Below are positions 1-12,829 of a DNA stretch of 64,000 bases, piece by piece. The stretch comes from Takakia lepidozioides (lineage: Eukaryota; Plantae; Bryophyta), in assembly GCA_030704615.1 (NCBI GenBank), contig CM060733.1:372001-436000 (forward strand), given 5' to 3'. The translations under genes were made by a program, and so were the position numbers. Under the pieces are notes generated by a model. That model was given only the letters and a program-made list of their open reading frames with translations. It was not told where the DNA came from and did not search any database. Position 1 is the stretch's first letter. Each line of letters begins with the position of its first letter.

Positions 1-562
1 ATCAATTACCCAAATTCAGGCTAATCTGCGTAGTAACAAAGCATTATCCCCTAGAGAACATGGTTTATTCAAATGAAAGGTGTCAAACCTGCACGTCTCA
101 GAAGATTGAGGGGAGAATCAAACTCAGCGATTCGGCCTTCTTTGGCCAAAACCAAAACACGGTCACAGTCGATGATGGTGTCGATGCGGTGAGCGATGGT
201 CAGAACAGTGCAGTCATGGAAAACACTTCGCATGGCGGTCTGGATCAACTGGTCCGTCTCTCCATCGACGGCTGCAGTTGCTTCGTCCATCACTATGATC
301 CGTGACCTTCACAAGGAGAAAGCAGGTTAGCTGATGCACCACCATAAAGGACTTGAGGGAAGACATGTACTGTTTGGCTGTTCCTTGCAAACGCTACCTA
401 TGACGTTGAGGGCATAGTCCTGGCAGGATGCTTAACCTCGTGGCTCTGCCTGGTGGGGCTTGGGCCACTGAAGGTATGGAGCTCCTGCTGAAATTGAGAG
501 AGTAATAGAGAATATACTTAATATCAAGGGAAGTCCCCCACTTACCGGGCCTCCCTGTAAGT

Positions 563-935
563 ACCCCACTACCAGAGTGAGCCCCTCACAAAGGTAGTGT
601 TGGTTCTGTTCCCTTTAGTTCCACTCAAACTGGGCGCAGGGTCTATGGCATTCACAGAGGCACTTGTCTCTCTTGAGAGAGAGAATGTACTCACAAGACT
701 TTGTTTCCTGTAGCCTTGTGGCATAGACCCCGAGCCCAATTTTGGCAGAACAAAAGGGAGCAGATACTACCTTTGTGATGGGCTCACTCCAGTAGTGTGA
801 CTTAATACAGACAGTTAGTTACGGTTTTCCAGATATCCTGTAGAAAGCCCTTCACACAAGCATCAACTTGCTACGTGTGAGCTGTCAGCAGTCAGACCCC
901 AAGAAGGCAAGGGCTTTAGCCTCAGCCTCAAGATT
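563..935. mobile_element. Two older, diverged 3'-end fragments of LINE family B, one on each strand
   Basis: ~681-935 aligns to 943-1200 (tgtactca.aagac.ttgttt, aacaaaaggga, ggttttccagatatcct). ~570-665 is the reverse complement of part of it (gagtgagccc.tcacaaaggtagt vs actacctttgtgatgggctcactc). Confidence 0.7.
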
Positions 936-942
936 GGTGGAG

Positions 943-1472
943 AGATTGTACTCATAAGACGTTGTTTGCCGTAGTCTTGTGACCATTGACCCCGCGCCCA
1001 GTTTGAGCGGGAACAAAAGGGACAGAACCTACCTCTGTCAGGGGCTGACGTTGGTAGTAAGACTTACCTTCATATATAGAATTAATCCGGGTTTTCCAGA
1101 TATCCTCTAGAAATCCCTTCACACAAGTATCAATCTGCTGTGTGTGATTTGCCCAAAAACTAGGCCTCAGGAGGGCCTGGGCTTTTGGCTCAGCCTCGAG
1201 ACTTTCAAAGTTGGTAAACAGGGGTACAGGCACAATTCCCTTGATAGATTTGAAGAGAGCGTCTCTTTGGTGAGAGAACCCCGGACAGTGTATCAGAAAA
1301 TGAATACTGTCTTCAGATTGCCCACACAACGGGCAATTGCACTCTCCCTTTCCTCTCTGCTTCTGTTTGCTGTTCAAAGGTAGGCTTCCTGCCCTGAGTT
1401 TAAATTTCAGTCTAGTGCCGAGAGTGGGTAGACCCTTGAGGTCATCCAAGATGTCCTCCCCCATGTCACTGA
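943..1472 (-). mobile_element. LINE family B, 5'-truncated 3' end (C-terminal zinc-finger region of ORF2)
   Basis: Translation LGTRLKFKLRAGSLPLN...CPLCGQSEDSIHFLIHCP...FLEDIWKTR is a typical non-LTR ORF2 C-terminus. Near-identical copy at 21291-21813. Confidence 0.85.
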
Positions 1473-1488
1473 GCAGTAGCACAGCTAC

Positions 1489-3625
1489 AAATGAAATGAA
1501 ATGGTACTTTATAACGTCCGCGGAAAGCTCATAGAGCTTATGGGACAAAATGGAAACATGAGAGAGGAACAAGTCCAGAAACCACAATTAATGTTCTAGC
1601 GAATGTCGAAGGGTGAAGGCCTCGTGCAGGTAGGCTGCCAAGCATTTTTGATCCTCATAGTGGAAGACATCAGTGAGAGTTTGGGTTCCACTGAATAAAC
1701 AGTGGAATCTCCCACGGATCTCGTAGTATAGAGGGCAGTAGAAGAAGAAGTGTTCTTCAGTTTCGATTTCCTGGCTGCGCCCTATGCAAGCTGGACATAG
1801 GCGGTCCTCCCGTTGCAGGTTTTCCCATCTGCCAGTCTCTATCCGTAGGTTGTGGGAACCCACCCTAACCGCCCCAATGCCCTCAGGAGGGAAGGAGATA
1901 AGGATGCTGAAAGGTAATTTGGTCTCAAGATTCTATTGTCGCGGAGCACCAAGAATGTCTCTCAATAGAAGTGGAGCTTTGTTGTGAGATTGGGTAGCTT
2001 CCAAGTTCTCTGGACATGTAATTCCATAAGCTCTCTCCTAATGAGTCTGTTGCGGTCATGTCTGGACGTGATGTCCACCTCATCTGGATTCATTGGTAAT
2101 AGGAAAGCAGTAGAAAGTCCGTTACGTTGAAATAAACTGTCCACTCGAGCATACCAGGAGTTCCTGAAACCTGCAACTTTGAGCCTCATAGATGTTGTGA
2201 GGGCCCTTGCCACGAGCCCCTTGGGTGGAAGGGCTTGTAATCTATGGAGAAAGATTGTAAGCCGGAAGAGGGCCTCAGATTGCAATGGTACACATGCGAA
2301 CTCTGCCCCTAGGATCTGAGATGGAGTTGTGCTCCTGGCGCCAAGCATTGCTTGGAGAAAAGATGACTGTAATGGCTCCAAATTCTTTTCCCACCAGGAG
2401 ACAGGGACACCAGGTGCCCAGAACTCACAACCATAGATGGTAGCAGGGCTGACGACAGTGTCAAACAGCCACTTTTTGGTTGGGGGATGACGCAGATGTA
2501 TTTGCTTGCATTTGGCCTGAAGGCGGACGGAGGCCGCCTTACCTTTAGTCAATCTGTCCAAGGCAGTGGCTGCAAAGTGAAACTTGGGGGAGTGGATAAC
2601 CAGACCCAGGTATCGGTATGATTTCACAATCTCAATTTCTTGCTGGTTGAAGATGAATCTACGATCAGCCTGGCCATTGAAGACCATGATCTTGGTCTTG
2701 CTAAGATTGACTTGCATCCCATAGTCTTTGCAGAACTGTTCCAAAATTTTGAGATGGCGTTGCAGGAAGACCGGGGATAGTGCCAAAAGGGCAACATCAT
2801 CAGCGTAGAGGAGATCTGATTGCGTTGGTCCCCCATCCAATGGTACCCCAACCCCATGGTTTTTTGATATGTAATTCTCCAAAGCGTCAATGTAGATCCC
2901 GAACAGGGTAGGTGAAAGGGGGCAGCCCTGTTTGACTCCAATGTTGCTGTGGACCTCGGCTGAGAATTCACCAGCGACGTGGACCATGCCAGTGACAATC
3001 TCATACATAGAAGAGATGGCACAAAGGATGTCTGGAGGGACTTCCACTCTATGGAGCCGTTGGAAGAGAAGGTCCCGAGGAACTGAATCAAAGGCTTTGT
3101 GAAAGTCCACGAAGCAAACATAGACCATTCTTTTGTCATAGCGTGCAAATTCCACCATAACCTGAAGAGTGAAGATGTGGTCAATAGTGGATCTGTTGCG
3201 ACGGAAACCAGCCTGTCCCTCAGCACGAATGCGAGAGGACTCAGCCCAATCATCCAGTTCCATGGCCACTACTGCCCCAAGCAGTTTAGCAAGTACCGAG
3301 GACACCATGATAGTACGATAGTTGGTCGGTGCGAGCCTGTCACCACTCTTGAAGAGTGGGTGGATGATGCTCTTTGTCCACTCTGTGGGAAAGCCCCGTT
3401 GCACCACCTCATTGAAGAGGTTAGCTATAAAAGGGGTTAAAGTAGGTGCAGCTTGCTTGATGAATTCACTCTGAAGTCCTGAAATGTCTACTGCTCTGCC
3501 ATTTTGCAGCTTCTTGATTGCCTTACTGACATTGGCCGTAGTAAAGAGAGAAGTGTGAAGGGGTTTAGATGTTATAGGAGAGGGAGTTTGGGTTGGGGAA
3601 TGGTACAAAGACTGAAGTGAGGGGC
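1489..3625 (-). mobile_element. LINE family A (non-LTR retrotransposon), 5'-truncated, with RT domain
   Basis: RT motifs NYRTI, QAGFR...[36 protein letters not shown] and YRYLG. C-terminal LRIETGRW...RLCPAC...ETEEHFFFYC zinc finger. 3' tail is (CATTT)3 at 1503-1489. One stop (1962) and a frameshift near the C-terminus. Confidence 0.95.
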
Positions 3626-3939
3626 ACCTTCTAAGAAGAGATCTCGCAAGACACAAGAGCTGCCGCTCCCCTAAACTAAAGTTGTCACCGTTCTCCCCAA
3701 CTGAGGTGTCTAGCCCCTTGTCCAGACTTTTGATCTTTTTGCTCAAATGCACTTCGGCTATTGCTTCAAATGGGTCAAGGTTCCGCCGCACAGTCCCCCT
3801 GAAAAGCACTGGATCCTGCAGACCAATAATTGAAATAAGTCAGATGAAGGAGAAGAAGCAAGAAACTGAGAGAAAGAGAACCTGAGTTTGGTAGAGATAG
3901 GAGGTAGGTTTAAGAGGCAGATTCTTATTGAGGAGCCTA

Positions 3940-4125
<186 letters not shown>

Positions 4126-6009
4126 CTACTCTTCCAGTGACGCAGAATCAAGGTTAAGACATTACAATGACTTCCAAATTCACTACAGAAAGAGGGAGGG
4201 AACAGTGCAAACCTGGAGCAGTCTGACGATAAACTTGGACCAGGAAGACAAAGCAATAAAAGAGCTAACCACGCACCTTGAATGAAAGTTCGTTTAGCAC
4301 TGAAGGAAGGTCTTGTCGGTATGCCATAGTGTACTTGATAAACTCTATCTCTCCATTCTGAGGCCACTCCTCTGTTATGAAACCTGGTGCTGTATGTGGG
4401 TCAGCTTCAGGGGGCAAATCTCTGTATGCCTGAACCCATAACCAGATAAATTGATGTCAAATGTCAGTTGAGGGACCAACATTTGTCAAAAGAGATCTAA
4501 AATGGCACCGGACACAGACACAAGACACAGCCATTCATCCCATATCAAGGAATCCCTTCCAGTTGCTGGAAGTCAGACCAAAGCTAAAAATGGACCTTTG
4601 GTCTAACCATTTTCTAACATGAACAGAAAGATGGATGGAGATAAAGTCATCAAACAAAGCATAAGACTTTGTTTGCCGTCCACAGAGGGTCATCAAACAA
4701 GGAGATGGAGTGACAAGAGAGCAGAAGGAGAAAACTTGCGTGGGTCCCCTTAGGAGATAGGTAGGGATGAGAAGAGGAGGAGACTAATTTACTCTGTCCA
4801 CTAGAGGCCCTTTATACATTCTTGAACTACTAGGGAGAGAGAAGGAAAGAAAACCTTGATAATGTCCAATGTAGAACAACAATAAAACGACAGAAGGGCG
4901 AGACAGGGAGGCATCTCTTGCGAGTAGCTGTTAGCTATGTATTTCATGTCAGTTGTATAAGTTCAATCCCTAAATGAGACCATCTGCCGCATGTTTGATT
5001 GATGATACTGGTCGGACTGTGCCTCATGAACTCTACTACTAAGCTATATTCACTTACCGGAAGGTTAGCTCCAATTTAAAGATAGATAAAGAGAAGCAAA
5101 AAGTAGAAGGTTGAAGGACAATACCTGAATGCGCTCCACACTAGTGAAATAGTTTTGAGCTTCGGCCGCCTGGCGCACACAATACTGGAAAAACCCTGTG
5201 AGCTGTAGACTTTGCACCAGCACCACCCCTACAGACCGTTTGTGGTTAGCATCCTTCTTTACACACATGATGTGCTGGTGAAATGCTTACTTTGAATCTC
5301 CCTCTTTGTACTCTTCTTAGTGAGATTCTTTTTACACAAGGAAAATGCCAGTGGATGGATTGTTAGCCGAATGTTCATTCTTTCTAAAGTGAACTATGGA
5401 AAGCCAGAATGCATTCTAGTAGGAAAGGTGAACTCTAGTGAGCCTTCTGTAATGATGATAGTTATCCACTTCTTATTTCCCTGTTGTGTCCCCATCCCTG
5501 TACCCCTTTTCTTCTCCACCCACACTGGGTGCCCATTCTAGCGTGACAAGGCCACCGCAAAGAAAGTCAAAGTCCCTTTGAAGAATAAAGAGAAAAAGTA
5601 CAGGATATGGTTGCTCTAGTCAAAAGAGATGTCCAGATGCTAGAGAAAGAAAGGAGGTACTTTACGATAACCACACAGAGGAGTGATACCTGCTACACCA
5701 GGGGCTATACTGTGGCGAAATAGGACCACAAGTAGGGCAGCCACCATGACACAAATGGCTGCAGCCAAGTCAAGTCGAACACCAAACCACGTGGTGCATG
5801 TACAAACAAGATGTATGGACGGTGGTTGGCATCAATCAATTCGATAAAGTGGTCATGTGTCTTTTCTTCTATCCCATAAGCACGTACTGAGGCAATACCC
5901 TGAAAATCATCCACTTGGATAGGTTAGTGGATTGTGCAATCTATTCCTTAGAAAAAGAGAAGTAACAATCTAGAAGTACTTTGTCATGAGTTGAAGTTGT
6001 TTCTTCTTG

Positions 6010-6870
6010 TTCTACTTTGCCCCATCAGCCCTCAGTCACCCTATGGATATTTCTTTCTCTCTGTGGGGCTCCTCCACTTCTCTCCTTTCACACCGTCGTA
6101 TTCACTTCAACACCCCCTTCTCTCACTTACACGACGCTGATTACGAAACCTACCTAGCTTCAATCCTCCCCTCCATCTTTGCTCGACCATCTACTGATGA
6201 CAAGGCTACCCATCTAACACACGCTCTGTGGGACTCAGCCCTACGTTCCTTTCCAGAAGGGCTGGACATCACATCCAAGCACGACCGCAACCAACTCATT
6301 AGAAAGGAGCTCATGGAGCTACATGTCAGGAGACTTGGAAGTTATCCAACCTCACGACAAAGCTCCATTTCTATCGAGAAACATTATTGGTTCTCCGAGA
6401 TGATAGAATCTTGCGGCCCAATTACCTTTCGGCCTCTTTATCTCCTTCTCTCCTGAGGGCTTTGGGGCGGTTCAGGGTGGGCTCCCACAACCTACGGATA
6501 GAGACTGGCAGATGGGAAAACCTGCAGCGGGAGGACCGCCTCTGTCCAGCTTGCACAGGACGCAACCAGGAAATTGAAACTAAAGAACACTTCTTCTTCT
6601 ATTGCCCTCTATACTACGAGATCCGTGGGAGATTCCATTGTCTATTCCGTGGAACCCAATCTCTCACTGAGGTCTTTCACTATGAGGATCAGAAATGCCT
6701 GGCAGCCTACCTGCACGAGGCATTCACCCTTAGACAATCGGTCGAACAATAGTTCTTATCTCTGACTCTGGTTTCTTGTTTTCTCTCATGTTTTTCTTTC
6801 CATTTTGTCCCATAAGCTCTATGAGCTTTCCGCGGACGTTATAAAGCACCATTTCATTTCATTTCATTTC
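6010..6870 (+). mobile_element. LINE family A internally deleted derivative (RT removed)
   Basis: ~6255-6870 is highly similar to the reverse complement of ~1489-2085, including RIETGRW/zinc finger, 3' UTR and (CATTT)4 tail. ~6010-6255 encodes a pre-RT-like linker fused directly to the C-terminus. The left boundary is approximate. Confidence 0.85.
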
Positions 6871-7434
6871 TCTATCTTCCACAATTGTAGCTCTGTTCTC
6901 TGCATTGTCCAAAAGTAAAGGTCTACAAGAGCAGTGCAAGTGTCTAAGGATGATGGCATTGTCACATCAATCCCGTCTAACCAAACCTTTTGCGCAACCA
7001 CCATTGCAATGAGTGATGTTTACATCCTGGCATGTAATGCCCAGGATTGAGTCCTAAGGCTATTGTTATGTGGGGCTTTCGCCTTAAGGTTTGTTGTGCC
7101 AACTTGAACTGAAGAGGCTGCCTTACTAAAACCATAAGAGGAAAAGGGAATGCCCACCTGGAGGGTCTGGGCAAAGTGTGCATACATAGGAGAACGGGAG
7201 ATTCCATCCAAACGCTTCAGTTCGCGAGAGACCACCTCAAAACGCCGGTAAAGGTAAAGGAACACGAGTGCAAATGGTGGCAGGCAGAGTAAAAACCATG
7301 GTATCAGAACTATCATTGCTCCGGATCCCGAACAGCCCATCAGATTCTCCAGCATTGTCTGCATAGCAATCAAGCACACAGAAGAGCCAATTTTTACCAA
7401 TTACAGTTGGTCTTGTCTGTTGCCCACAGAACAT

Positions 7435-7720
7435 AAGTTTCTATGACTCTGACTTGAGTCCGGGCATTGTTAGTGCCGAGGGTGGTAGGTCCTTCAGATC
7501 ATTCTTGAGGTCCTTTGCCCATGTCACAGACTAGAAACAAGTTCAGGGAAGATTTATGCCTAAATTTATTTTTATTGGACAATCTTTGGGCATCAGACAT
7601 GGCTTTGGACATAATCCCCTCCAGCTTCAATCAGTAGGGTGAAATTTTCTGGACTAATATTCAGAGACTAAAAAATCTCTTCTACCCTTTTCCGCCAAGA
7701 CTTAGCCTGTTTAACTGGAC
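7435..7720 (-). mobile_element. Diverged LINE family B fragment
   Basis: Matches ~21750-21880 (tagtgcc.ag.gtgg.tag, cccatgtcac.gact.gaaacaagttcagggaag, acatggctttggaca). Confidence 0.65.
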
Positions 7721-8149
7721 GGTTGTTTCCAACAAATAGTGTCGATTATCTTATGGTATCTAGTACTAGACATGCAATTCAACTGACCCCGCCATGTGAC
7801 CTTGAATTCATCACGTCGAGAAGTTAAGGGAGTTATAATAAAACTCGCCCCATACAACCACATTAGCTATTCTAGAGCACGCCAACATGCTTTCTTTGAG
7901 CATCACGACCTGAATGGATTCTAGAGATTTAGCATGGCTAACTGACCCACACAGCAGATGCATATTCCAAGGCAGGCCTAATAACATTGCAAAGCATGGT
8001 CCTTTTAACTTCAGTATTAATCCCTCTCTAGTGGAAAAAAATTAGGGAGACCCAAAGCTTTGCGTTTCGATGCTTGAATCACTATTTATACATGCACATC
8101 GCAGCTGCAGGAAAACCCAACACCAAGATATGAGGAGGAAGGGAGTACA

Positions 8150-8310
8150 GGATCTCTTCATTACCCCATTTCCATTTGAGATCCCCTCCTCCTTCCCCAT
8201 GGTCGTTGAATGCCACCACTGCACACTTACTAACATTAGCTTCTAGCATCCAGGTCAAATAATCTGGTTGCACAATCGAGCAACTCCTGGAGATTGGATG
8301 GGGTATCCCC
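8150..8310 (-). mobile_element. LINE RT fragment
   Basis: Translation WMLEANVSKCAVVAF...WKWGNEEI resembles the LINE RT segment after the YADD motif. Confidence 0.55.
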
Positions 8311-8323
8311 CTACCTTGACAGG

Positions 8324-8325
<2 letters not shown>

Positions 8326-8357
<32 letters not shown>
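8326..8357. repeat. (GACA)n microsatellite
   Basis: gagacagacagacagacagacagacagacaga is visible directly. Confidence 0.95.
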
Positions 8358-8394
8358 TCTATGTCACTTTGAATTACCCTAATTAGTTACTGCT

Positions 8395-11300
8395 CTATTT
8401 TGGGCTGGTTTGCTCCTGCTGAATGCCAAATCTTGCCAGAGAACTCCCACTTTGGAAGCAATCACAACTCACTTTGATATTTTGTTCCGCCCTCACCACA
8501 AATTTCTTTAATGGTTTATGGATTTTTAATCTCACTTGTGCAGAACCCGCTGAATTGCAAAATTGGTGAAGACCCTGAGCTCCTTGTCTGTCCATGTGAG
8601 TGGTGTACCAATGACTTGTGAATTGTGCAAATATTTTCATGCCTCATGTCCCTTAAAGAAAATATCGTTAGGCCCGAATTTCTGTGTTGACAAATTGTTC
8701 CAGGCTGCATGAAACCATGAACGAATCTGAGAATCTTTTTGCATCATAATTTTTGCCTCATATAGGTACATATGAGGTGGCACTGAAGGTAAGACCCAAT
8801 GATCCCCATTGGAATAATTCAGAAAGCGCGTTTGCATCTTCTGTTGCTCAATGTGATAACGTACCAGAAAACAAGCAGCGTAGTATAACCCGCAACCCAT
8901 GACAATACTTGCTATCTCTTTGGTCTTGGTATAAATGAATCCATGTACAACTTGGAAGGCAATTAATTCCTTCAACATGGTACTTGCCTCATGCCAGTAC
9001 TGCGCAAAGTGATGATCCTCAATTGGTCGATTGTTCGGAAGAACTTTAGTCCTAGTGGCCACTGGCAGCCAAATGCGCATGATTTGATAGTAATATGTCA
9101 ATGACTGCGGAGGACTAAATTCTTTCCAAGCCAAATCCAACACAATGGGAATTTGGTTGAAGGGCATAATCATAGCCCGACTGTACTCCCTTGCAGCTGG
9201 AGTTTTAGGTGGGTTAAAAGCAGCATTTCCCCATACCTCAGGCTGTGGTGGCTATGGTGTGGCTGTAGTAACAACAGGGTCAGCTACTGGCACAGTGACT
9301 TGTTGTGGTGTTGGTGGCACTGGCTTTTGTACCATTGGCATCTCCTGCACCTTCTGTGAAGAAGACTGAAAAGCTAAAGTTCTCGCTTGTAAATAAGAAG
9401 CCATTAGCTGTTCCTCATGTATACAGACTCTTTTGTCGATATTTGAAGTGAGGTCCTCCACTTGAGTCTGCAGGCCGTCTACATCCTCATGTAACTCTGT
9501 TATCCTACTATAGACATTGTCTATAGTAATTGTGGCAATGTTCTGCACTTGCAGTCTGAGCTCATTCATCTCGCTTTGGTTGAGCTTTCTTAGTGCTTTG
9601 CCCTCTATCAGCCCTTGTGTTAACCAGACCTGCATAAGGTGGTTATCCACCAAGTTGCTTGTGGCACCCCTTAGAGTTTTCTCCTCTGTGAGCCTGTACA
9701 CATCTATCTGCTGCTGTAAAGCCTCCATGCGCTTCGCATGAGGTTCAACCAAACTCGCATAGGTAGCAGCCAGATTATTGGCTTCCTTCCAAGCCTTGTT
9801 AGCCACAGAGAGTTCATTTCTATTTACCATGAGCGTTTGTTGCAACTCCAGGATGTACCTCTCTTGGTCAGCTTCAACCTGCCTGTATTGTTTGAAAGTA
9901 TTCTCATTGCGAGAGATTGTATTCTTCATATCGACAATGAGTTTCAATTGCTCAACATTCTCTGTCTCTGCCTTCGTACATCTTTCCGCTTGACTGTTTA
10001 TTTCTATTGTAGCTTGGTCAAGCATAGTTGTGAGTGTATCGCATTGTATGGCCATCCTGTCATGCACTGTCTGCAACTCCATATATAGTGCATTCACTTC
10101 TTGCAACTTGCTTTCATGCTTCGCCTACATTTGGTATAACTGTTGCTTATGTGCTTCGTGCAACTGGTCTTGCGCGAGGCCTGCCTCAATCAATTGTTCC
10201 TTGGCCAATTGCAAAGCCGCTTCTGTACTCTCCAAGTCTTGCTGCATCTTGAGAGTGACCTCTTCATCGACCTTGTTTGCACACTCAGTGGCAAGTCGAG
10301 CCTCAAACTCCTTCCTGAGTTCCTCCCTCAAAGCTGCCAATTGAGTAGTTGGAACATGGGATTTGACATAAGTCCCCAACAAATTAAGTGTCTTGCTTAT
10401 GGAACTCATAAGCATGGCCTGTTGAGGGTCATCATGGTGAGCTTGCTGCTGTTCTCCCTGATCCTCAACAGTGTGATGCCTCACGAACCACTTAGGCCAT
10501 TGCCCCACCAGATTTTCTTCCTGTGGCACTTCATCCGTCACCGGTGCTGTAGTGTCTTGACATTCTACCTGTGGTACCTCCGTCACAGGTTTGTGTATTA
10601 TATGCACCGCAGGGTTTCCCCTGTACAACCGTTGCACCTCCAGAATCACTGTGTCCTTGACCAGACCAGAATATTCATAGAGAAGGTTTTCCTTCTCAAT
10701 TTCTGCCACCACCTGTTCTGTAGTGGGAATATCTAACCCTTCTTTCTCCAAATCAATTATTTCTGGTGGAACTGCATGGATAACTTGTGGTAAATCTGTG
10801 ACAAGCCGATCATCTGGCTGTGATACTGAAGTAACTTCCTCTTCCCTCTCTGAAGGTCCCGCTTCCAATAATAGCAATTCTCTGTGCTGCTGTGCCCCTT
10901 CCTACACAAGAGCTTGGGAAACATTATCATGCGGTTTCCGTGAAGCCAGTGGATCCGCCACTACAGTCTTTCCCCGCCTCTGTCTCTTAGTCTGGGGTTG
11001 CCCTGCCAGTCCACCCTCACTGTGTGAAGAGCCTTGCTCTTTCATTGCAGTGGTTTCAGTCTCAAACATTCTCATCTCCTTTCTTTCTCGAGCATCAAGT
11101 ATGCCAGAATCAAGAATTATTTGAGCAATGATTGGGCCAGACACTATGGTAGGAGACTTTGCGGCAGTGCCCTATAATCTTTTCATCTCCTCTAACAGTG
11201 CGTTGTACATTATGTCCGCCCATGCTATCTCTTCTCCTCTCAGGGCTTTGAGTATTTCCTCTGTGAAGGATCTGCTCAAATACTGTTGGTTCTGTTTCAT

Positions 11301-11720
11301 GGCAAACAGAACGTTCAATACCTGGCCTACCTCCCTTAGCCCTGGGTACACGGCCTTGGTACAAGCATAACCCTGAGTTTTAAAGAAACTCCCTTCTTGG
11401 AATAAATCCCCTATTTGCAGTCTTGCCCTGTGCTCCTCCACATGCACCTGACCTGCTGGCAATTGAAACAATTGCTGTAGGTATAGGGGAGTAATTTCTA
11501 ATTCAACTCCCTTCACCGTTGTTGCTCATGTCCTAGGCTCAAAGTTCTGCAAGAATTGTAACATGTACTGTCTATGGTGCAATGTCCAATCTTTGCTTTG
11601 CAATCCTTCCAATCGCAGCTCCTTCAGTAACTTTACCGCCTGTGGAGTAGCAATCGTTTGTTTCTGCAGGATTGTGGTGCTCTTCACCCTGATTTCTTCC
11701 ATTCCTCTCACTCTCTTCAT
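8395..11720 (-). pseudogene. Extra 3' ORF of the gypsy element (~1100 codons; Athila ORF2/env-like N-terminus plus long coiled coil), broken by in-frame stops
   Basis: ORF-track pieces 11172-11516, 10902-11144, 10125-10877, 9252-10106 and 8637-9173 are all in one frame, separated by single stops. VKGVELEITPLYLQQLFQLP...IAWADIMY resembles plant-transposon/Athila ORF2. E/Q/L-rich heptads at ~10350-9450. Confidence 0.75.
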
Positions 11721-12430
11721 TCTAGACCCACAGAAAGGTTTTGGCTGTAACAATTGAAGAAATGCCTGCAGGGCACAAAGCACTAACGTATGGTTGCCAT
11801 AAAAAGCTATGGGTAATTTCTTGTAAGCCTGCGGGGCTTGCAAGCATCGATTAAGAGAAAGGATTCGCTCTGTTCTTCCGTCCCTATGCCACTGCGTAAG
11901 TAATATTACGAGCGTATAGTTTGTTTTCTCCATAGCTTCAAAGCTATAGTATTGATGGTTTGTCCCGTCGAGACGCCTGTTACTTAGAACGACGCCGACT
12001 CTTGCGCTTAGATTCCCTCCAATTTCTTGATCTCTTTTCTGGCTTTCGATTGGTTGTAACCGCTGTGACTGGATTTTAGATTTAATTTTCTTTAGTAGAC
12101 TTTCCCTGCTGTACTGTCCACTAGGATAACACATATGACAAGAATTTCGTTTTTCTGTACTTGCCGTTTGTTCTGTTGCCTTTTTTCCGTATTCATTAAT
12201 GGGCCCGCCATTCATCCGAATTGACGTGTTAAGTAGGTATTTTGACGGCCATTCTTGTCCTCTTTCTTGATGATACCTGTTTTTGCACTTCATTCTCAGC
12301 TGTGTGTTGCGCCCTGACTTCCACGTGTCCCTTTCTAAACTGGCTTCCGTCCTTTCTTCCGCCGGCCATTTCCCTGAAGTTATCATGCGTCCACCTGTCA
12401 CTGATTCTATGGATTGTGTAACCCTAGTAG

Positions 12431-12700
12431 GCTGTGTTGAGCTGTGACAGGTTGTGTCATACTGTGATACGCTGTGATAGGCTGTGTTGCACTGTGGTAA
12501 GCTGTGATAGGCTATGACACGCTGTGGTAGGTTGTGATAGGCTGTATTGCACCGTGCTGGGCTGTGATATGCTGTGTCGCGCCTTGCTGGGCTGTGATAG
12601 GCTGTGTCGCGCTGTGCTGGGCTGTGATAGGCTGTGTCACGCTTTGGTGGGCTGTGATAGGCTGTGTCGCGCCGTGTTTGGCTGTGATAGGCTGTATCGC
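12431..12700. repeat. Tandem repeat: 27 x 10-bp GCTGT(G)-core units with a 30-bp higher-order period
   Basis: gctgtgatag gctgtgtcgc gctgtgctgg recurs. It encodes RDTAYHSPxx decapeptides in the open frame. Confidence 0.95.
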
Positions 12701-12829
12701 TCTTGTTCTGCCCGCCCTGGTCATATATGCTCAGCTTAGCGACAAGTGTTCCATACTCCGTTGGTATCAGTGGCGCAGCCCGTGACTGCTTTTGCGTTTC
12801 AACATGCAAATCATGCTGCAATGGTTTGT

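Noticed and set aside
952-1587. 211-aa ORF as a host gene
   Set aside because: It is a chance join of the LINE A 3' UTR and the LINE B C-terminus.
1962-3809. 615-aa ORF as a genuine single gene
   Set aside because: It is an ABCC exon read through into a LINE RT. Reported as an insertion, not as a gene.
12431-12700. Regular repeats as a CRISPR-like array (also 20117-20411)
   Set aside because: Units are contiguous 10-mers with no unique spacers, no cas genes are present, and the context is eukaryotic.
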